Source: Bacteroidales bacterium (GTDB lineage: Bacteria > Bacteroidota > Bacteroidia > Bacteroidales > VadinHA17). From it: a stretch of DNA of 64,000 bases. A model generated the notes under the pieces. The model was not told where the DNA came from. It ran no database searches and saw nothing but the letters and a program-made list of their open reading frames with translations. The position numbers and the translations under genes are program-made. Positions 53,710-63,475 of this stretch are shown here, piece by piece. The first letter of the stretch is position 1; every line of letters begins with the position of its first letter. The stretch is taken from positions 875-64,874 of the forward strand of contig JBBQJD010000007.1 in assembly GCA_038325595.1 (NCBI GenBank). The letters are read 5' to 3'.

Positions 53710-54845
53710 AATTCTCCACAAAAACAATTCATGCGGGACAAAGCCCCGACAAAGGAACCGGTGCTGTTGTTGTACCAATTTTTCAGACTTCAACCTACAA
53801 ACAGGATGAAATAAATATGGACAGGGGTTTTGAATATTCACGATCAGGAAATCCTACCCGAAAGGCATTGGAAGAAAGCCTTGCAGCTCTGGAAAATGGT
53901 CAGTTCGGATTGGCATTCTCATCGGGCCTTGCGGCTGAACATGCAGTTCTTTCAACATTGAAACCCGGGGATCATGTAGTAGCAGCCGAAGATATGTACG
54001 GCGGTACATACAGGTTATTTGAGCAGGTTTTTAAACAGTACGGCATCAGGTTCTCCTATGTAGAGGGAGAGCAAAAGGATTTTGAAAATGCTATTCAACC
54101 GGAAACAAAGCTATTCTGGATTGAGTCACCCACTAATCCCCTGTTGCGGATTGTTGATATTGCCGCAGTATCAGTAATAGCTCACAGGAAAAATATTAAA
54201 GTTGTTGTTGACAATACCTTCTCATCACCATTTTTTCAGCAGCCTCTGGTTTTAGGTGCAGATCTTGTGGTTCATAGCACCACAAAGTATATCGGCGGAC
54301 ATTCAGACCTGATAGGTGGTGCGGTAATAGTTAAAGATGAAGAATGGTACAATAAAATAAAATTCTTCCAGAATGCTATAGGAGCAGTTCCGGGTATACT
54401 GGATTCCTGGCTGACTTTAAGGGGCATAAAAACTCTCTCTGTAAGAATGAAAAAACATGAAGAAAATGCATTGCAAATAGCCAGATTTCTTGAGAATCAT
54501 CCAAAGATAAAAAAGGTATATTATCCGGGCTTACCATCTGATCCTTATCATAGCCTGGCTAAACAACAAATGACGGGATTCAGCGGAATGATTTCTTTCA
54601 AAATCGATAAGTCCGATAAAGATGTTGTAAACTCTTTTTTCAAAAGATTAGAAATAATATCCCTTGCGGAAAGTCTTGGGGGAGTTGAGTCATTGATCTG
54701 TTATCCTCCTGCTATGACTCATGCATCGATGCCAGAGGAAAAAAGGATCAGATTAGGAATAACAAATGACCTGATCAGGCTTTCTGTAGGAATTGAGGAT
54801 ATAGATGACCTGATTGAGGATCTTTCAACGGGATTACAATTTTAA
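53706..54845 (+). CDS. Cystathionine gamma-lyase-type Cys/Met PLP enzyme, paralog 2
   Basis: ATGA overlap with the CBS gene. YSRSGNPTR, STTKYIGGHSD, SLGGVESLICYPPAMTHAS. Confidence 0.85.
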   Translation: MKFSTKTIHAGQSPDKGTGAVVVPIFQTSTYKQDEINMDRGFEYSRSGNPTRKALEESLAALENGQFGLAFSSGLAAEHAVLSTLKPGDHVVAAEDMYGGTYRLFEQVFKQYGIRFSYVEGEQKDFENAIQPETKLFWIESPTNPLLRIVDIAAVSVIAHRKNIKVVVDNTFSSPFFQQPLVLGADLVVHSTTKYIGGHSDLIGGAVIVKDEEWYNKIKFFQNAIGAVPGILDSWLTLRGIKTLSVRMKKHEENALQIARFLENHPKIKKVYYPGLPSDPYHSLAKQQMTGFSGMISFKIDKSDKDVVNSFFKRLEIISLAESLGGVESLICYPPAMTHASMPEEKRIRLGITNDLIRLSVGIEDIDDLIEDLSTGLQF

Positions 54846-54869
54846 ACAACCATTTATAAATACTAATTT

Positions 54870-55319
54870 ATGGCAGATTTAAATTTTTCTATCAGGGGTG
54901 TAAGTCTTAACCCTACCAAATTTGTGGCTGAAGCCAGAAAATTTGAAATCATTATCGATGAGCCCTCAACATTAGGAGGAACCGATCATGGAGCAAATCC
55001 GGTTGAATATTTACTTGCGAGTTATGCAGGTTGTCTGAATGTAATGGGACATATTATTGCAGCCGAGATGGGATTCAGGTTAGACAAGCTTGAAATTGAA
55101 ATTATTGGCAATATTAATCCTGACAGATTATTTGGCACATCATTTAACGATCGTGCAGGATTCAAGAAAATTCAGGTAGTATTGAAACCTTATGCAGAAA
55201 TATCACAGGAGTTATTGGATAAATGGATAGCAGCAATAGAAAATCGCTGCCCGATTAATGATAATCTTGGAAGTATCACCCCAATTGAAATAAAAATTCT
55301 GAATATTGTCAGGAATTAA
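54870..55319 (+). CDS. OsmC-family peroxiredoxin-like protein
   Basis: GANPVEYLLASYAGCLN and a second Cys (ENRCPI) are typical of OsmC/Ohr. Confidence 0.8.
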   Translation: MADLNFSIRGVSLNPTKFVAEARKFEIIIDEPSTLGGTDHGANPVEYLLASYAGCLNVMGHIIAAEMGFRLDKLEIEIIGNINPDRLFGTSFNDRAGFKKIQVVLKPYAEISQELLDKWIAAIENRCPINDNLGSITPIEIKILNIVRN

Positions 55320-55373
55320 GTTTAAACAACCTCTGAGTCGAGTCCGCAGATGGGTACGTTAACATGAATTTAT

Positions 55374-55766
55374 TTAATTTTTCAACGATGAAATTACTCT
55401 TGTCAGCTTTTCCCTGATTTCTGTGGCAATGTCGGCCAGTTGAGGGTTATTAACTGCCATCATTGATGCGACAGGATCAACGGCGGTCACCTCAATCTCA
55501 TCCTTTCCGAGTTCCTGTACTACTACATTGCATGGGAGCATAGTCCCAATCTTGTTTTCATATTGAAGTGCTTTATAAGCAAAAGTCGGATTACAGGCTC
55601 CGAGAATTTTGTATTTTCGGAAATCAACATTCAGTTTTTCTTTAAGTGTAATATGTACACTTATTTCTGACAGGACTCCAAAACCTTCTTTTTTTAATGC
55701 TTCCGTTACCAGTTCGACAGCTTCTTCAAAGCTGGAATTGATTTTTGTATCTATGTAATAGCTCAT
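55374..55766 (-). CDS. DUF302-domain protein
   Basis: 130 aa. FEEAVELVTEALKKEGFGVLSEI...YKILGACNP is typical of DUF302. Confidence 0.75.
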   Translation of the reverse strand: MSYYIDTKINSSFEEAVELVTEALKKEGFGVLSEISVHITLKEKLNVDFRKYKILGACNPTFAYKALQYENKIGTMLPCNVVVQELGKDEIEVTAVDPVASMMAVNNPQLADIATEIREKLTRVISSLKN

Positions 55767-55945
55767 TTTATATAAATATTTAGCTGTTATTTGACTGTAT
55801 AAGTAAATGGAATAGCCTCCGGAACTCCAGTTGATTTTTGATTTTTGTAATAACTCAAAACATTCTTATTCATAATGATTCAAAAATCGGCTATTTTCAA
55901 CTTAAAACAGTTACACAATTTCATAAATGACTTACATCATTCTTA

Positions 55946-57367
55946 TTAAGAAGTCTTTGTCTTTTTAAAAATGTGGGTTGCCTGTCCATGATACAACTCT
56001 GCAGCTTCCATAATAGTTTCAGACATAGTAGGATGAGGATGAATCGTCAGTTCAAGATCGCGTACAACAGCCGACATCTCAACAGCCAGGGTTATTTCAG
56101 CTATCAGGGTTCCGGCATCCTTGCCAACGATTCCGCCTCCGAGTATCCGTTCGGTTTCAGGATCAATGATCAGTTTAGTAAAACCACTCTTCAAGCCTAC
56201 TGATACAGCTTTACCCGAAGCTGACCAGGGGAATCTGGACACCTTAATGATTTTCCCCAGGTTCTTCGCCTCTGTTTCAGTAAGGCCTGTCCATGCGATT
56301 TCAGGTTCAGTAAAAATAACTGCAGGTATTGCTTTAGGTTCAAAAGCAGTTTTCTGTCCTGCTATATGTTCCGCAGCTACCCGTCCTTCTGAAGTGGCTT
56401 TATGTGCCAGCATGGGTTGTCCTGTAATGTCTCCGATCGCATAGATATTCTCAATGTTTGTGCGTCTGAAAATGTCCACATTTATATACCCCTTCTCATT
56501 TGTTTTTACTCCTGCCTCCTCAAGCCCAATGCCGGAACTATTAGGTTTGGTACCAGTTGCAACAAGTATTTTATCAAATGTTCCTTGTTTTTTCTCTCCT
56601 CCCTTCGTTTCAAACTCTACAATTAATTCTTTCCCGTTCCGGTTCATGGAAACAACCCTGGTATCAAACATTGTCATGGACATCAGATCTTTTCTTTCTT
56701 TTTTGAATACATCTTTAAGATCCTGATCTGCCCCCTGGAGAATATCGGGAGTAAATTCCACTATAGTAATTTCTGATCCGAATGATTTATAGATTGCAGC
56801 CATCTCAAGCCCGATATATCCTGCGCCGACAACCAGAAGTCTTTTTGGAATATCCCGCAATTCAAGCGCCGTTTTCGCATTCATTATGAGATCATCGTCA
56901 AATGGAATGCCCGGAAGCTCTGCGGAATAACCACCGGTTGCTATTATGAGATTTTCAAATTCCAGTTCCTGCTTATTGCCTTCCAGGGGCATGTATTCCA
57001 GTTTATTTTTACCTGTGAGTCTCCCTGTGCCCCTCAGATAGTTGATTTTCCTGCTTTTGGCAAGTTGTCCAACACCTCCTGTCAGTTGATTTACTACAGA
57101 CTCCTTGAATGATCGTATTTTTGCGAGATCCAGGTTTACATCCGAAAAATTCAATCCCCATTCCGCAGCTTTACCTGCCATTCCGATAATGGATGCCAGA
57201 TTCAGTAATGTCTTGGTAGGAATACATCCATAGTAAAGGCATACTCCTCCCGGATTTTCAAGCGGATCGATGAGCGTGACATCAAGTCCAAGATCAGAGG
57301 CATGAAAGGCGGCAGCATAACCACCCGGTCCGGCGCCCATTATAATAAGCTTCTTCCTATCCATCAT
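55946..57367 (-). CDS. lpd: Dihydrolipoyl dehydrogenase (E3)
   Basis: GAGPGGY, redox disulfide GGVCLYYGCIPTK and C-terminal HPHPTMSE. Confidence 0.92.
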   Translation of the reverse strand: MMDRKKLIIMGAGPGGYAAAFHASDLGLDVTLIDPLENPGGVCLYYGCIPTKTLLNLASIIGMAGKAAEWGLNFSDVNLDLAKIRSFKESVVNQLTGGVGQLAKSRKINYLRGTGRLTGKNKLEYMPLEGNKQELEFENLIIATGGYSAELPGIPFDDDLIMNAKTALELRDIPKRLLVVGAGYIGLEMAAIYKSFGSEITIVEFTPDILQGADQDLKDVFKKERKDLMSMTMFDTRVVSMNRNGKELIVEFETKGGEKKQGTFDKILVATGTKPNSSGIGLEEAGVKTNEKGYINVDIFRRTNIENIYAIGDITGQPMLAHKATSEGRVAAEHIAGQKTAFEPKAIPAVIFTEPEIAWTGLTETEAKNLGKIIKVSRFPWSASGKAVSVGLKSGFTKLIIDPETERILGGGIVGKDAGTLIAEITLAVEMSAVVRDLELTIHPHPTMSETIMEAAELYHGQATHIFKKTKTS

Positions 57368-57428
57368 TTCCTGTAATTTAAACTTTCGATATTAACTACT
57401 TTATAAAACTCTATATTCTGAAACGAGC

Positions 57429-58781
57429 CTAGAACATTGTCAGCAGAGGATTTTCAAGAGCCTCACAAAGCCACCTGAGAAATCTTGCTCCCTCCGCCCC
57501 GTCAATTGCACGGTGATCATAAGATAAGGAAAGAGGAAGCATCAGCCGGGGCTTGAATTCACCATTAATAAATACGGCCTCTGTTTGTGATCGTGAAACT
57601 CCCAGTATTGCAACATCAGGTCTGTAAACAATTGGTGTAAAATTAGTTCCTCCAATCCCTCCCAGATTTGATATTGCAAAGTTGCCACCCTGCAGGTCAG
57701 CAGGCATTATTTTTTTATTCCTGGCTTTTTCAGCAAGGTTATTAAGCTCGACTGACAGCTCTGTAATTGATTTTTTATCAGCATCACGGATCACAGGCAC
57801 AAGCAACCCACGGTCAGTATCCACCGCCACTCCGATATTTACATATCCCTTGAAAATTATTTCTTCATTCTTCATATCAAGGCTGGCATTAAACCTTGGA
57901 AATTTTTTAAGGGCCGCTGCCGTGAGCTTAAGAAGCAGAACCGTGATAGTAAGCTTTGCTCCTTCCTTCTCCACCTGTGCTGAATATTTTTTTCTGAAGG
58001 CTTCAAGTTCTGTGACATCAGCTTTATCGAACTGAAATACATGGGGAATATTCTGCCACGATTCAGCCATTGTTTTGCCTGTAATTCTCCTGATAGTGTC
58101 GAGCTTTTCTCTTATTACGGGACCAAGTTTTGAAAAATCAGGAAGTTCATAATAATCAGCTACTTCCGGTGCACGGGTTTCAAGTGTTTTTTTGACAAAT
58201 TCCTTTATATTCTCTTCGGTAATACGATTATATGGTCCCGTCCCCCTTACCATATTAATATCAACACCAAGCTCCCTCGCCATCCTTCTTACTGATGGTG
58301 AAGCAGGAATATCAGCACCGGCAGGCTTCTCTTCTTTTGAGGGCTGTTCCGTCTTCCCGGCCTTTTCCTGTACTTTTTCTTCCTTTGGTTTTTCAGCAGG
58401 CTTCTCTTTACCCGGATCATCCGGAATTATTTCTTCATCAGGCTTAAGTTCTGATTTCCCGGCTTCTGATTTTTCAGGAATTTTTTCTTTTTCTTTTTCC
58501 GCTTCTTCGCCGGCTTTAGCTTTTTCTTCTTTCTTCACCTCAACAGCTGTATCGATCATAAACATAACCTGTCCGACTTTGATCTCGTCTCCTTTGCCAG
58601 CCTTGATTTCGGTGACCAGGCCTGAGATTTCTGATGGCATTTCAAAGGTCGCTTTGTCGCTTTCCATTTCGGCCAGGGAATCGTCCTTTTCAACTTTCTG
58701 TCCAACCGAAACCAGAACTTCAAGGAGAATTGCAGATTCAACATTATCAGCAATATAGGGCAGCTTAATTTCCTTAATCAT
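57429..58781 (-). CDS. aceF: Dihydrolipoamide acetyltransferase (E2), single lipoyl domain
   Basis: Lipoyl motif EMESDKATFEMPS, a Lys/Glu/Pro-rich linker, a subunit-binding domain (SPSVRRMARELGVD) and the catalytic DHRAIDG. Confidence 0.92.
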   Translation of the reverse strand: MIKEIKLPYIADNVESAILLEVLVSVGQKVEKDDSLAEMESDKATFEMPSEISGLVTEIKAGKGDEIKVGQVMFMIDTAVEVKKEEKAKAGEEAEKEKEKIPEKSEAGKSELKPDEEIIPDDPGKEKPAEKPKEEKVQEKAGKTEQPSKEEKPAGADIPASPSVRRMARELGVDINMVRGTGPYNRITEENIKEFVKKTLETRAPEVADYYELPDFSKLGPVIREKLDTIRRITGKTMAESWQNIPHVFQFDKADVTELEAFRKKYSAQVEKEGAKLTITVLLLKLTAAALKKFPRFNASLDMKNEEIIFKGYVNIGVAVDTDRGLLVPVIRDADKKSITELSVELNNLAEKARNKKIMPADLQGGNFAISNLGGIGGTNFTPIVYRPDVAILGVSRSQTEAVFINGEFKPRLMLPLSLSYDHRAIDGAEGARFLRWLCEALENPLLTMF

Positions 58782-61447
58782 GACTTTAATGTTTTTAAAT
58801 TCCTTGGATCAGGTTTATTACTATTGATCTTCAAATCCTTTTTTGCTTTTACTATAGTTTTATTATCGAGCTTCCCTTCAATATAAAGGCCTGTAAGAGC
58901 AGCATAGGTAATATGTTTTGCATCTACCTCAAAGTAATCCCTAAGTGCCTTACGGTTATCACTTCTTCCAAATCCATCTGTTCCAAGTACGTTGAGGGTG
59001 CCAGGAAACCATTGACATACAGTCATGGGAATAGCCTTAACATAATCTGAAGCAGCGAGACATAATCCTTCTTCACCACCAAGACATTCCTCAATATAGG
59101 TTTTACGGGCTTCTTTCTCAGGATTAAGCCTGTTCCACCTTTCAACATCAATGGAATTGTCATATAACTCCTTGTAACTGGTTATACTCCAGGCATCTGC
59201 ACATATTCCATAGTTTTCCTCAAGCATACCTGCAGCCATTATGGCTTCATTTAGAATTGCTCCGCTGCCGAATAAATGTACCTTGTGCCCATCCTTACGC
59301 TTTGATTTAATTATTCTGTACATGCCTCTGAGAATTCCCTCTTCAACACCTTCAGGCATTTTTGGCATTCTGTATTTTTCATTAAGAACAGTGATATAAT
59401 ACATTATATCTTCACCGTCTGAAAACATTCGTTTCATTCCATCCTTTACAATAACTGCAAGTTCATAGGCATATGCAGGATCGTAAGCCCTCAGGCTGGG
59501 GACTGACATTGCCAAAAGGTGCGAATGACCATCCTGATGCTGAAGACCTTCTCCTGCAAGAGTCGTTCGTCCCGAGGTTCCACCTATCAGGAAACCACGT
59601 GTCCTGGCATCGGCCGCTGCCCATATAAGATCACCCACACGCTGGAAACCGAACATTGAATAAAAAAGGAATATCGGTATCATTGTGATCTTATGGTTTG
59701 AATATGAGGTTCCGGCAGCAATAAAGGATGACATGCAGCCGGCCTCAGTAATGCCTTCTTCAAGAATAGCGCCATCGGTTGCTTCCTTGTAATAAAGGAG
59801 GCTTTCCCTGTCCACGGGTTCATAGTTCTGCTCAATGTGGGAATATATTCCGAATCTTCTGAACAGGGCATCCATTCCAAATGTGCGCGATTCATCGGGA
59901 ACGATCGGCACTACATGTTTGCCTATATTCGTGTCAGTCATCAATTTTGACATCAGCTGCACCATGGACATTGTGGTTGCAAGATCACGGTCTCCTGAAC
60001 CCTCAAAAAATTCATTGTATAAGCTATCTTCAGGAAGGGTGACCGGCTTTAGCTCCATATTTCTTTTTGGCAGAAATCCTCCAAGCTCTTCCCTTCTTTT
60101 TTTAAGATATCGAATTTCTTCACTGTCATTGGCTGGTTTAAAGAAAGGAGCTTTTTTTGCATCTTCATCAGAAAGTGGAATTCCAAACCTGCTTCTGAAA
60201 ACCAGCAGCTCATTCTCATTAAGCTTTTTCTGCTGATGAGTAATATTTCTTCCTTCGCCTGTTTCCCCAAGGCCATATCCCTTAATCGTTTGTGCCAGAA
60301 TTACAACAGGCTCTTCCTTGTGATTTACTGCTTCAGCAAACGCATTATAGATCTTTCGCGGGTCATGCCCTCCCCTGTTTAGTCTCCTGAGCTGATCGTC
60401 AGAGTAATTTTCCACCATTTTTAAAAGTGTCTCGCTTTTTCCAAAGAAATCCTTTCTGATAAACTCTCCTGTTGACACTACATATTTCTGGAATTGCCCA
60501 TCCGGAGTTTGCTCCATAGCCTTCAAAAGCTCTCCTGATTCGTCTTTTGCAATCAGCGGATCCCAGTCTCTGCCCCATATTACTTTAATCACCTTCCAGC
60601 CTGCACCCATAAAAGCTGCTTCAAGCTCCTGTATGATTTTTCCGGTACCTCTAACAGGTCCGTCGAGACGTTGCAGGTTACAATTGACAACAAAGATCAG
60701 GTTATCGAGCTTTTCGCGGCTTGCCACTGTAATTGCTCCAAGAGATTCAGGTTCATCCATCTCACCATCGCCTACAAACGCCCATATCTTCTGATTGGTT
60801 ATTTCCTTCAGTCCTCTGTCTTCCAAATACTTATTGAATCTGGCCTGGTATATAGCCATTATTGGTCCAAGTCCCATGGAGACAGTCGGGAACTGCCAGT
60901 AGCCTGGCATAAGCCGTGGATGAGGATATGAAGGCAGACCGCCATCTTTGCGCAGTTCCTGTCTGAAATTCAGAAGATCCCTTTCTGTTAATCTTCCTTC
61001 AAGGAATGAACGGGCATAGATACCCGGACTTGCATGACCCTGAAAAAAAACCATATCTGCGACTCCGGTGTCACCTCCATGAAAGAAATGATTGAATCCT
61101 ACCTCCAGGAGCGTAGCGGCAGAAGCAAATGTTGAGATATGTCCTCCAATGCCTTCCGATTCAAGGTTAGCCCTGACAACCATTGCCATTGCATTCCACC
61201 TTATGAGACTCTTGATCCTCCTTTCAAGCTCCGGGCTTCCCGGGTAGGGTGATTCTTTATCAGGAGGAATACTGTTGATATATGGGGTATTGCCCGGGCA
61301 ACGGTATACTATTCCGGCCTTATGGGCTTTGTACTGAAGCAAAGAGAGAAGTTCACGAACACGTTTCGGATCATCATTCTGAATAACATAATCAAGCGAC
61401 TCCAGCCATTCACGGTTTTCAATTTCGTAATAATCCTTGTTTCTCAT
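58778..61447 (-). CDS. aceE: Pyruvate dehydrogenase E1 component, homodimeric (AceE) type
   Basis: 889 aa with full-length AceE-like sequence (GGHISTFASAATL, GDGEMDEPES). 4-nt overlap with the E2 gene. Confidence 0.95.
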   Translation of the reverse strand: MRNKDYYEIENREWLESLDYVIQNDDPKRVRELLSLLQYKAHKAGIVYRCPGNTPYINSIPPDKESPYPGSPELERRIKSLIRWNAMAMVVRANLESEGIGGHISTFASAATLLEVGFNHFFHGGDTGVADMVFFQGHASPGIYARSFLEGRLTERDLLNFRQELRKDGGLPSYPHPRLMPGYWQFPTVSMGLGPIMAIYQARFNKYLEDRGLKEITNQKIWAFVGDGEMDEPESLGAITVASREKLDNLIFVVNCNLQRLDGPVRGTGKIIQELEAAFMGAGWKVIKVIWGRDWDPLIAKDESGELLKAMEQTPDGQFQKYVVSTGEFIRKDFFGKSETLLKMVENYSDDQLRRLNRGGHDPRKIYNAFAEAVNHKEEPVVILAQTIKGYGLGETGEGRNITHQQKKLNENELLVFRSRFGIPLSDEDAKKAPFFKPANDSEEIRYLKKRREELGGFLPKRNMELKPVTLPEDSLYNEFFEGSGDRDLATTMSMVQLMSKLMTDTNIGKHVVPIVPDESRTFGMDALFRRFGIYSHIEQNYEPVDRESLLYYKEATDGAILEEGITEAGCMSSFIAAGTSYSNHKITMIPIFLFYSMFGFQRVGDLIWAAADARTRGFLIGGTSGRTTLAGEGLQHQDGHSHLLAMSVPSLRAYDPAYAYELAVIVKDGMKRMFSDGEDIMYYITVLNEKYRMPKMPEGVEEGILRGMYRIIKSKRKDGHKVHLFGSGAILNEAIMAAGMLEENYGICADAWSITSYKELYDNSIDVERWNRLNPEKEARKTYIEECLGGEEGLCLAASDYVKAIPMTVCQWFPGTLNVLGTDGFGRSDNRKALRDYFEVDAKHITYAALTGLYIEGKLDNKTIVKAKKDLKINSNKPDPRNLKTLKS

Positions 61448-61485
61448 AAGTTATATTTATAATGTTTCACAAAAAATCAGGCAGA

Positions 61486-62154
61486 TCATATTTCAACTGT
61501 TACAGCATCCTTTCCAACTCCCATATTTGATAATTGACTCAGCACAGCATCCATCATGGGAGGAGGGCCGCATACATAAAACTGACTGCTAAAATCAGCG
61601 ATTGTATTCTTAAGAAAATCTTCACTAATAAATCCATGGTAGTAACCCGGAGCTTTTTCCTCTGAAAGGATGTTAATGAACGATTCTCTAAGCATACCCC
61701 TGAATTCTCTTTCCAGTATTATATCATCCCGGGTTTTGTTTGCAAATACCAGAATATTGCTCCCTATTTTATTTTTCTTCTGAAGATATCTGAAGATCGA
61801 AATAAAAGGAGTCACTCCTGCTCCTCCTGCTATAAATATACCTTCAGCTTCATACGTGATAGCGCCAAAAACATCATTAATTGTCAATGTATCACCTCTT
61901 TTAAGCTGAAGAAGCTGGCTGGTTACACCATTTCGTTCAGGATATGTCTTAATTGTAAATTCAAGGTAGTCATCGTCAGGAAGGCATGTGAAGGTGAAAG
62001 GTCTTTTCTCTTCTTTCCATTCGGGCTTGTTTAAAGAAATCTCAGCTGCCTGTCCGGGAATGAAGTTAAAATCCGGTGGCTTTCCCGTTACAATCCTTAA
62101 GACATCATGATTTATTTTATAGATTGAATCAATTTTTACGATACTTTTTTCCAT
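61486..62154 (-). CDS. Ferredoxin-NADP reductase-like FAD/NAD(P)-binding oxidoreductase
   Basis: RPFTF, GGAGVTPF and CGPPPM motifs. Start moved to MEKSIVK at 62154 to remove the overlap with the upstream gene. Confidence 0.7.
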   Translation of the reverse strand: MEKSIVKIDSIYKINHDVLRIVTGKPPDFNFIPGQAAEISLNKPEWKEEKRPFTFTCLPDDDYLEFTIKTYPERNGVTSQLLQLKRGDTLTINDVFGAITYEAEGIFIAGGAGVTPFISIFRYLQKKNKIGSNILVFANKTRDDIILEREFRGMLRESFINILSEEKAPGYYHGFISEDFLKNTIADFSSQFYVCGPPPMMDAVLSQLSNMGVGKDAVTVEI

Positions 62155-62170
62155 AATGTGAGTTAATGTC

Positions 62171-62476
62171 TTATGATTTTTTACCCTCATAAAGCTTCCA
62201 TACATTGTCGATTTTACCCGCCAGATCAAAATCGAGTTGTGTAATTCCATCCTCAGAATGTGTATTTAATTTAATTTCCACCTTATTATACACATTTGAC
62301 CATTCAGGATGATGATCCATTTTCTCAGCTTCCATTGCAACAGCGGTCATAAATGAAAATGCATCCACAAAAGTTTTGAACTTTAAATCCCTTTTTATCA
62401 CGCCATTTTCATACGACCAGGTACTAAGGTTAGCGGATAAATGGTCAGTTATCTCCTGGTTTGAAAATTTTTTCAT
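62171..62476 (-). CDS. Pterin-4-alpha-carbinolamine dehydratase
   Basis: 101 aa with the DHHPEW signature. Confidence 0.85.
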   Translation of the reverse strand: MKKFSNQEITDHLSANLSTWSYENGVIKRDLKFKTFVDAFSFMTAVAMEAEKMDHHPEWSNVYNKVEIKLNTHSEDGITQLDFDLAGKIDNVWKLYEGKKS

Positions 62477-62555
62477 GATTAATATTATTAAGTTATCAAA
62501 CTGTTAATCAGATAGTAACACAAGATATTCAATGAAAAAATAAAATGAAAAAATT

Positions 62556-63083
62556 CTATTTTGACGGCTTCCTTCCCTTAGTTGGAATTATGAACAATGG
62601 AATAGTGCTGTGTTTAAGCACATTTTCAGCAACACTGCCAACTATTGCTTTCTCAAGCCATTTTTTGCTGACTGTACCCATCACGATCAGATCAACATTC
62701 AATTCCTTTGCAGTTTCCAGAATACTGTCGGCAAAATCTCCTTCAGCAACAGCAGTTTGTATTGTTTCATCTCCAAGATGATTCCTGGTTTTATCAAGAA
62801 ACTCAAATGAAGCCCTTTTTACCTCCCCAATGTTAATATTAATCGAAGGATCAAGATTGGAGAAGCCCGTAAATCCCATAATGGGCGAATAATCCAGAGT
62901 GGAATAATAACTGTTTTCTGCTATTATATGAAGTAAAACCACTTCCGCATTCATCGATTTCGCCAGAGAATAACCCATTTCTGCGACCTTTTGGGCAGTC
63001 GGATCATAGTCGAGTGCAATCAAAACTTTCCGCATCGGCATAAGTCTGAATGAAGATTCCGTTTGTTCGTTTAGTGTAGCCAT
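62556..63083 (-). CDS. Universal stress protein (UspA family)
   Basis: KVLIALDYD... and IVMGT...GSVAENVLKHSTIPLFIIP motifs. An internal Met start near 63041 is possible. Confidence 0.8.
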   Translation of the reverse strand: MATLNEQTESSFRLMPMRKVLIALDYDPTAQKVAEMGYSLAKSMNAEVVLLHIIAENSYYSTLDYSPIMGFTGFSNLDPSININIGEVKRASFEFLDKTRNHLGDETIQTAVAEGDFADSILETAKELNVDLIVMGTVSKKWLEKAIVGSVAENVLKHSTIPLFIIPTKGRKPSK

Positions 63084-63213
63084 TGTTGATTTGAGTTAAA
63101 GGTTTGGACTTTATATATATTTTATAACAAAATCCATTATAAATGGTTGATTTACCTTAGACAAATTCATATTAATGAAGATTTTAAAAGTTAATAGAAT
63201 CCTTAAAGAATCT

Positions 63214-63355
63214 TGCCCCCAAACCCCCTGAAGGGCCCTGAAGGGGGCTATAATGCTTCACGCTCAACGTTCAACGCCTACCACTTTTTTTTTACTTTTG
63301 TCTTTTGTCTTTTCCTTCGGCTAACGGAGAAAATCGATGAGGCCTTGAGGCCTTA
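63214..63355. repeat. Short-word tandem mosaic repeat in a divergent promoter region
   Basis: GCCCCCAAACCCCCTGAAGGGCCCTGAAGGGGGC, CACGCTCAACGTTCAACGCC, ACTTTTGTCTTTTGTCTTTTCC, GATGAGGCCTTGAGGCC. Confidence 0.8.
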
Positions 63356-63475
63356 GTATGATTACTGTGTTCACAATAAATAATATCTTTGAATGTTAAT
63401 TATGGTGTGATATCTGGTTTTCAAGGTTAAAAAACTCATCAATGCCCGATGGTAGTCAATAATTAAAATTAGTTA

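Noticed and set aside
55946-61447. The aceE-aceF-lpd cluster as something unusual
   Set aside because: It has the canonical gene order and motifs of a homodimeric-E1 pyruvate dehydrogenase complex. I see nothing anomalous beyond the low-complexity E2 linker, which also explains antisense ORF 58192..58758.
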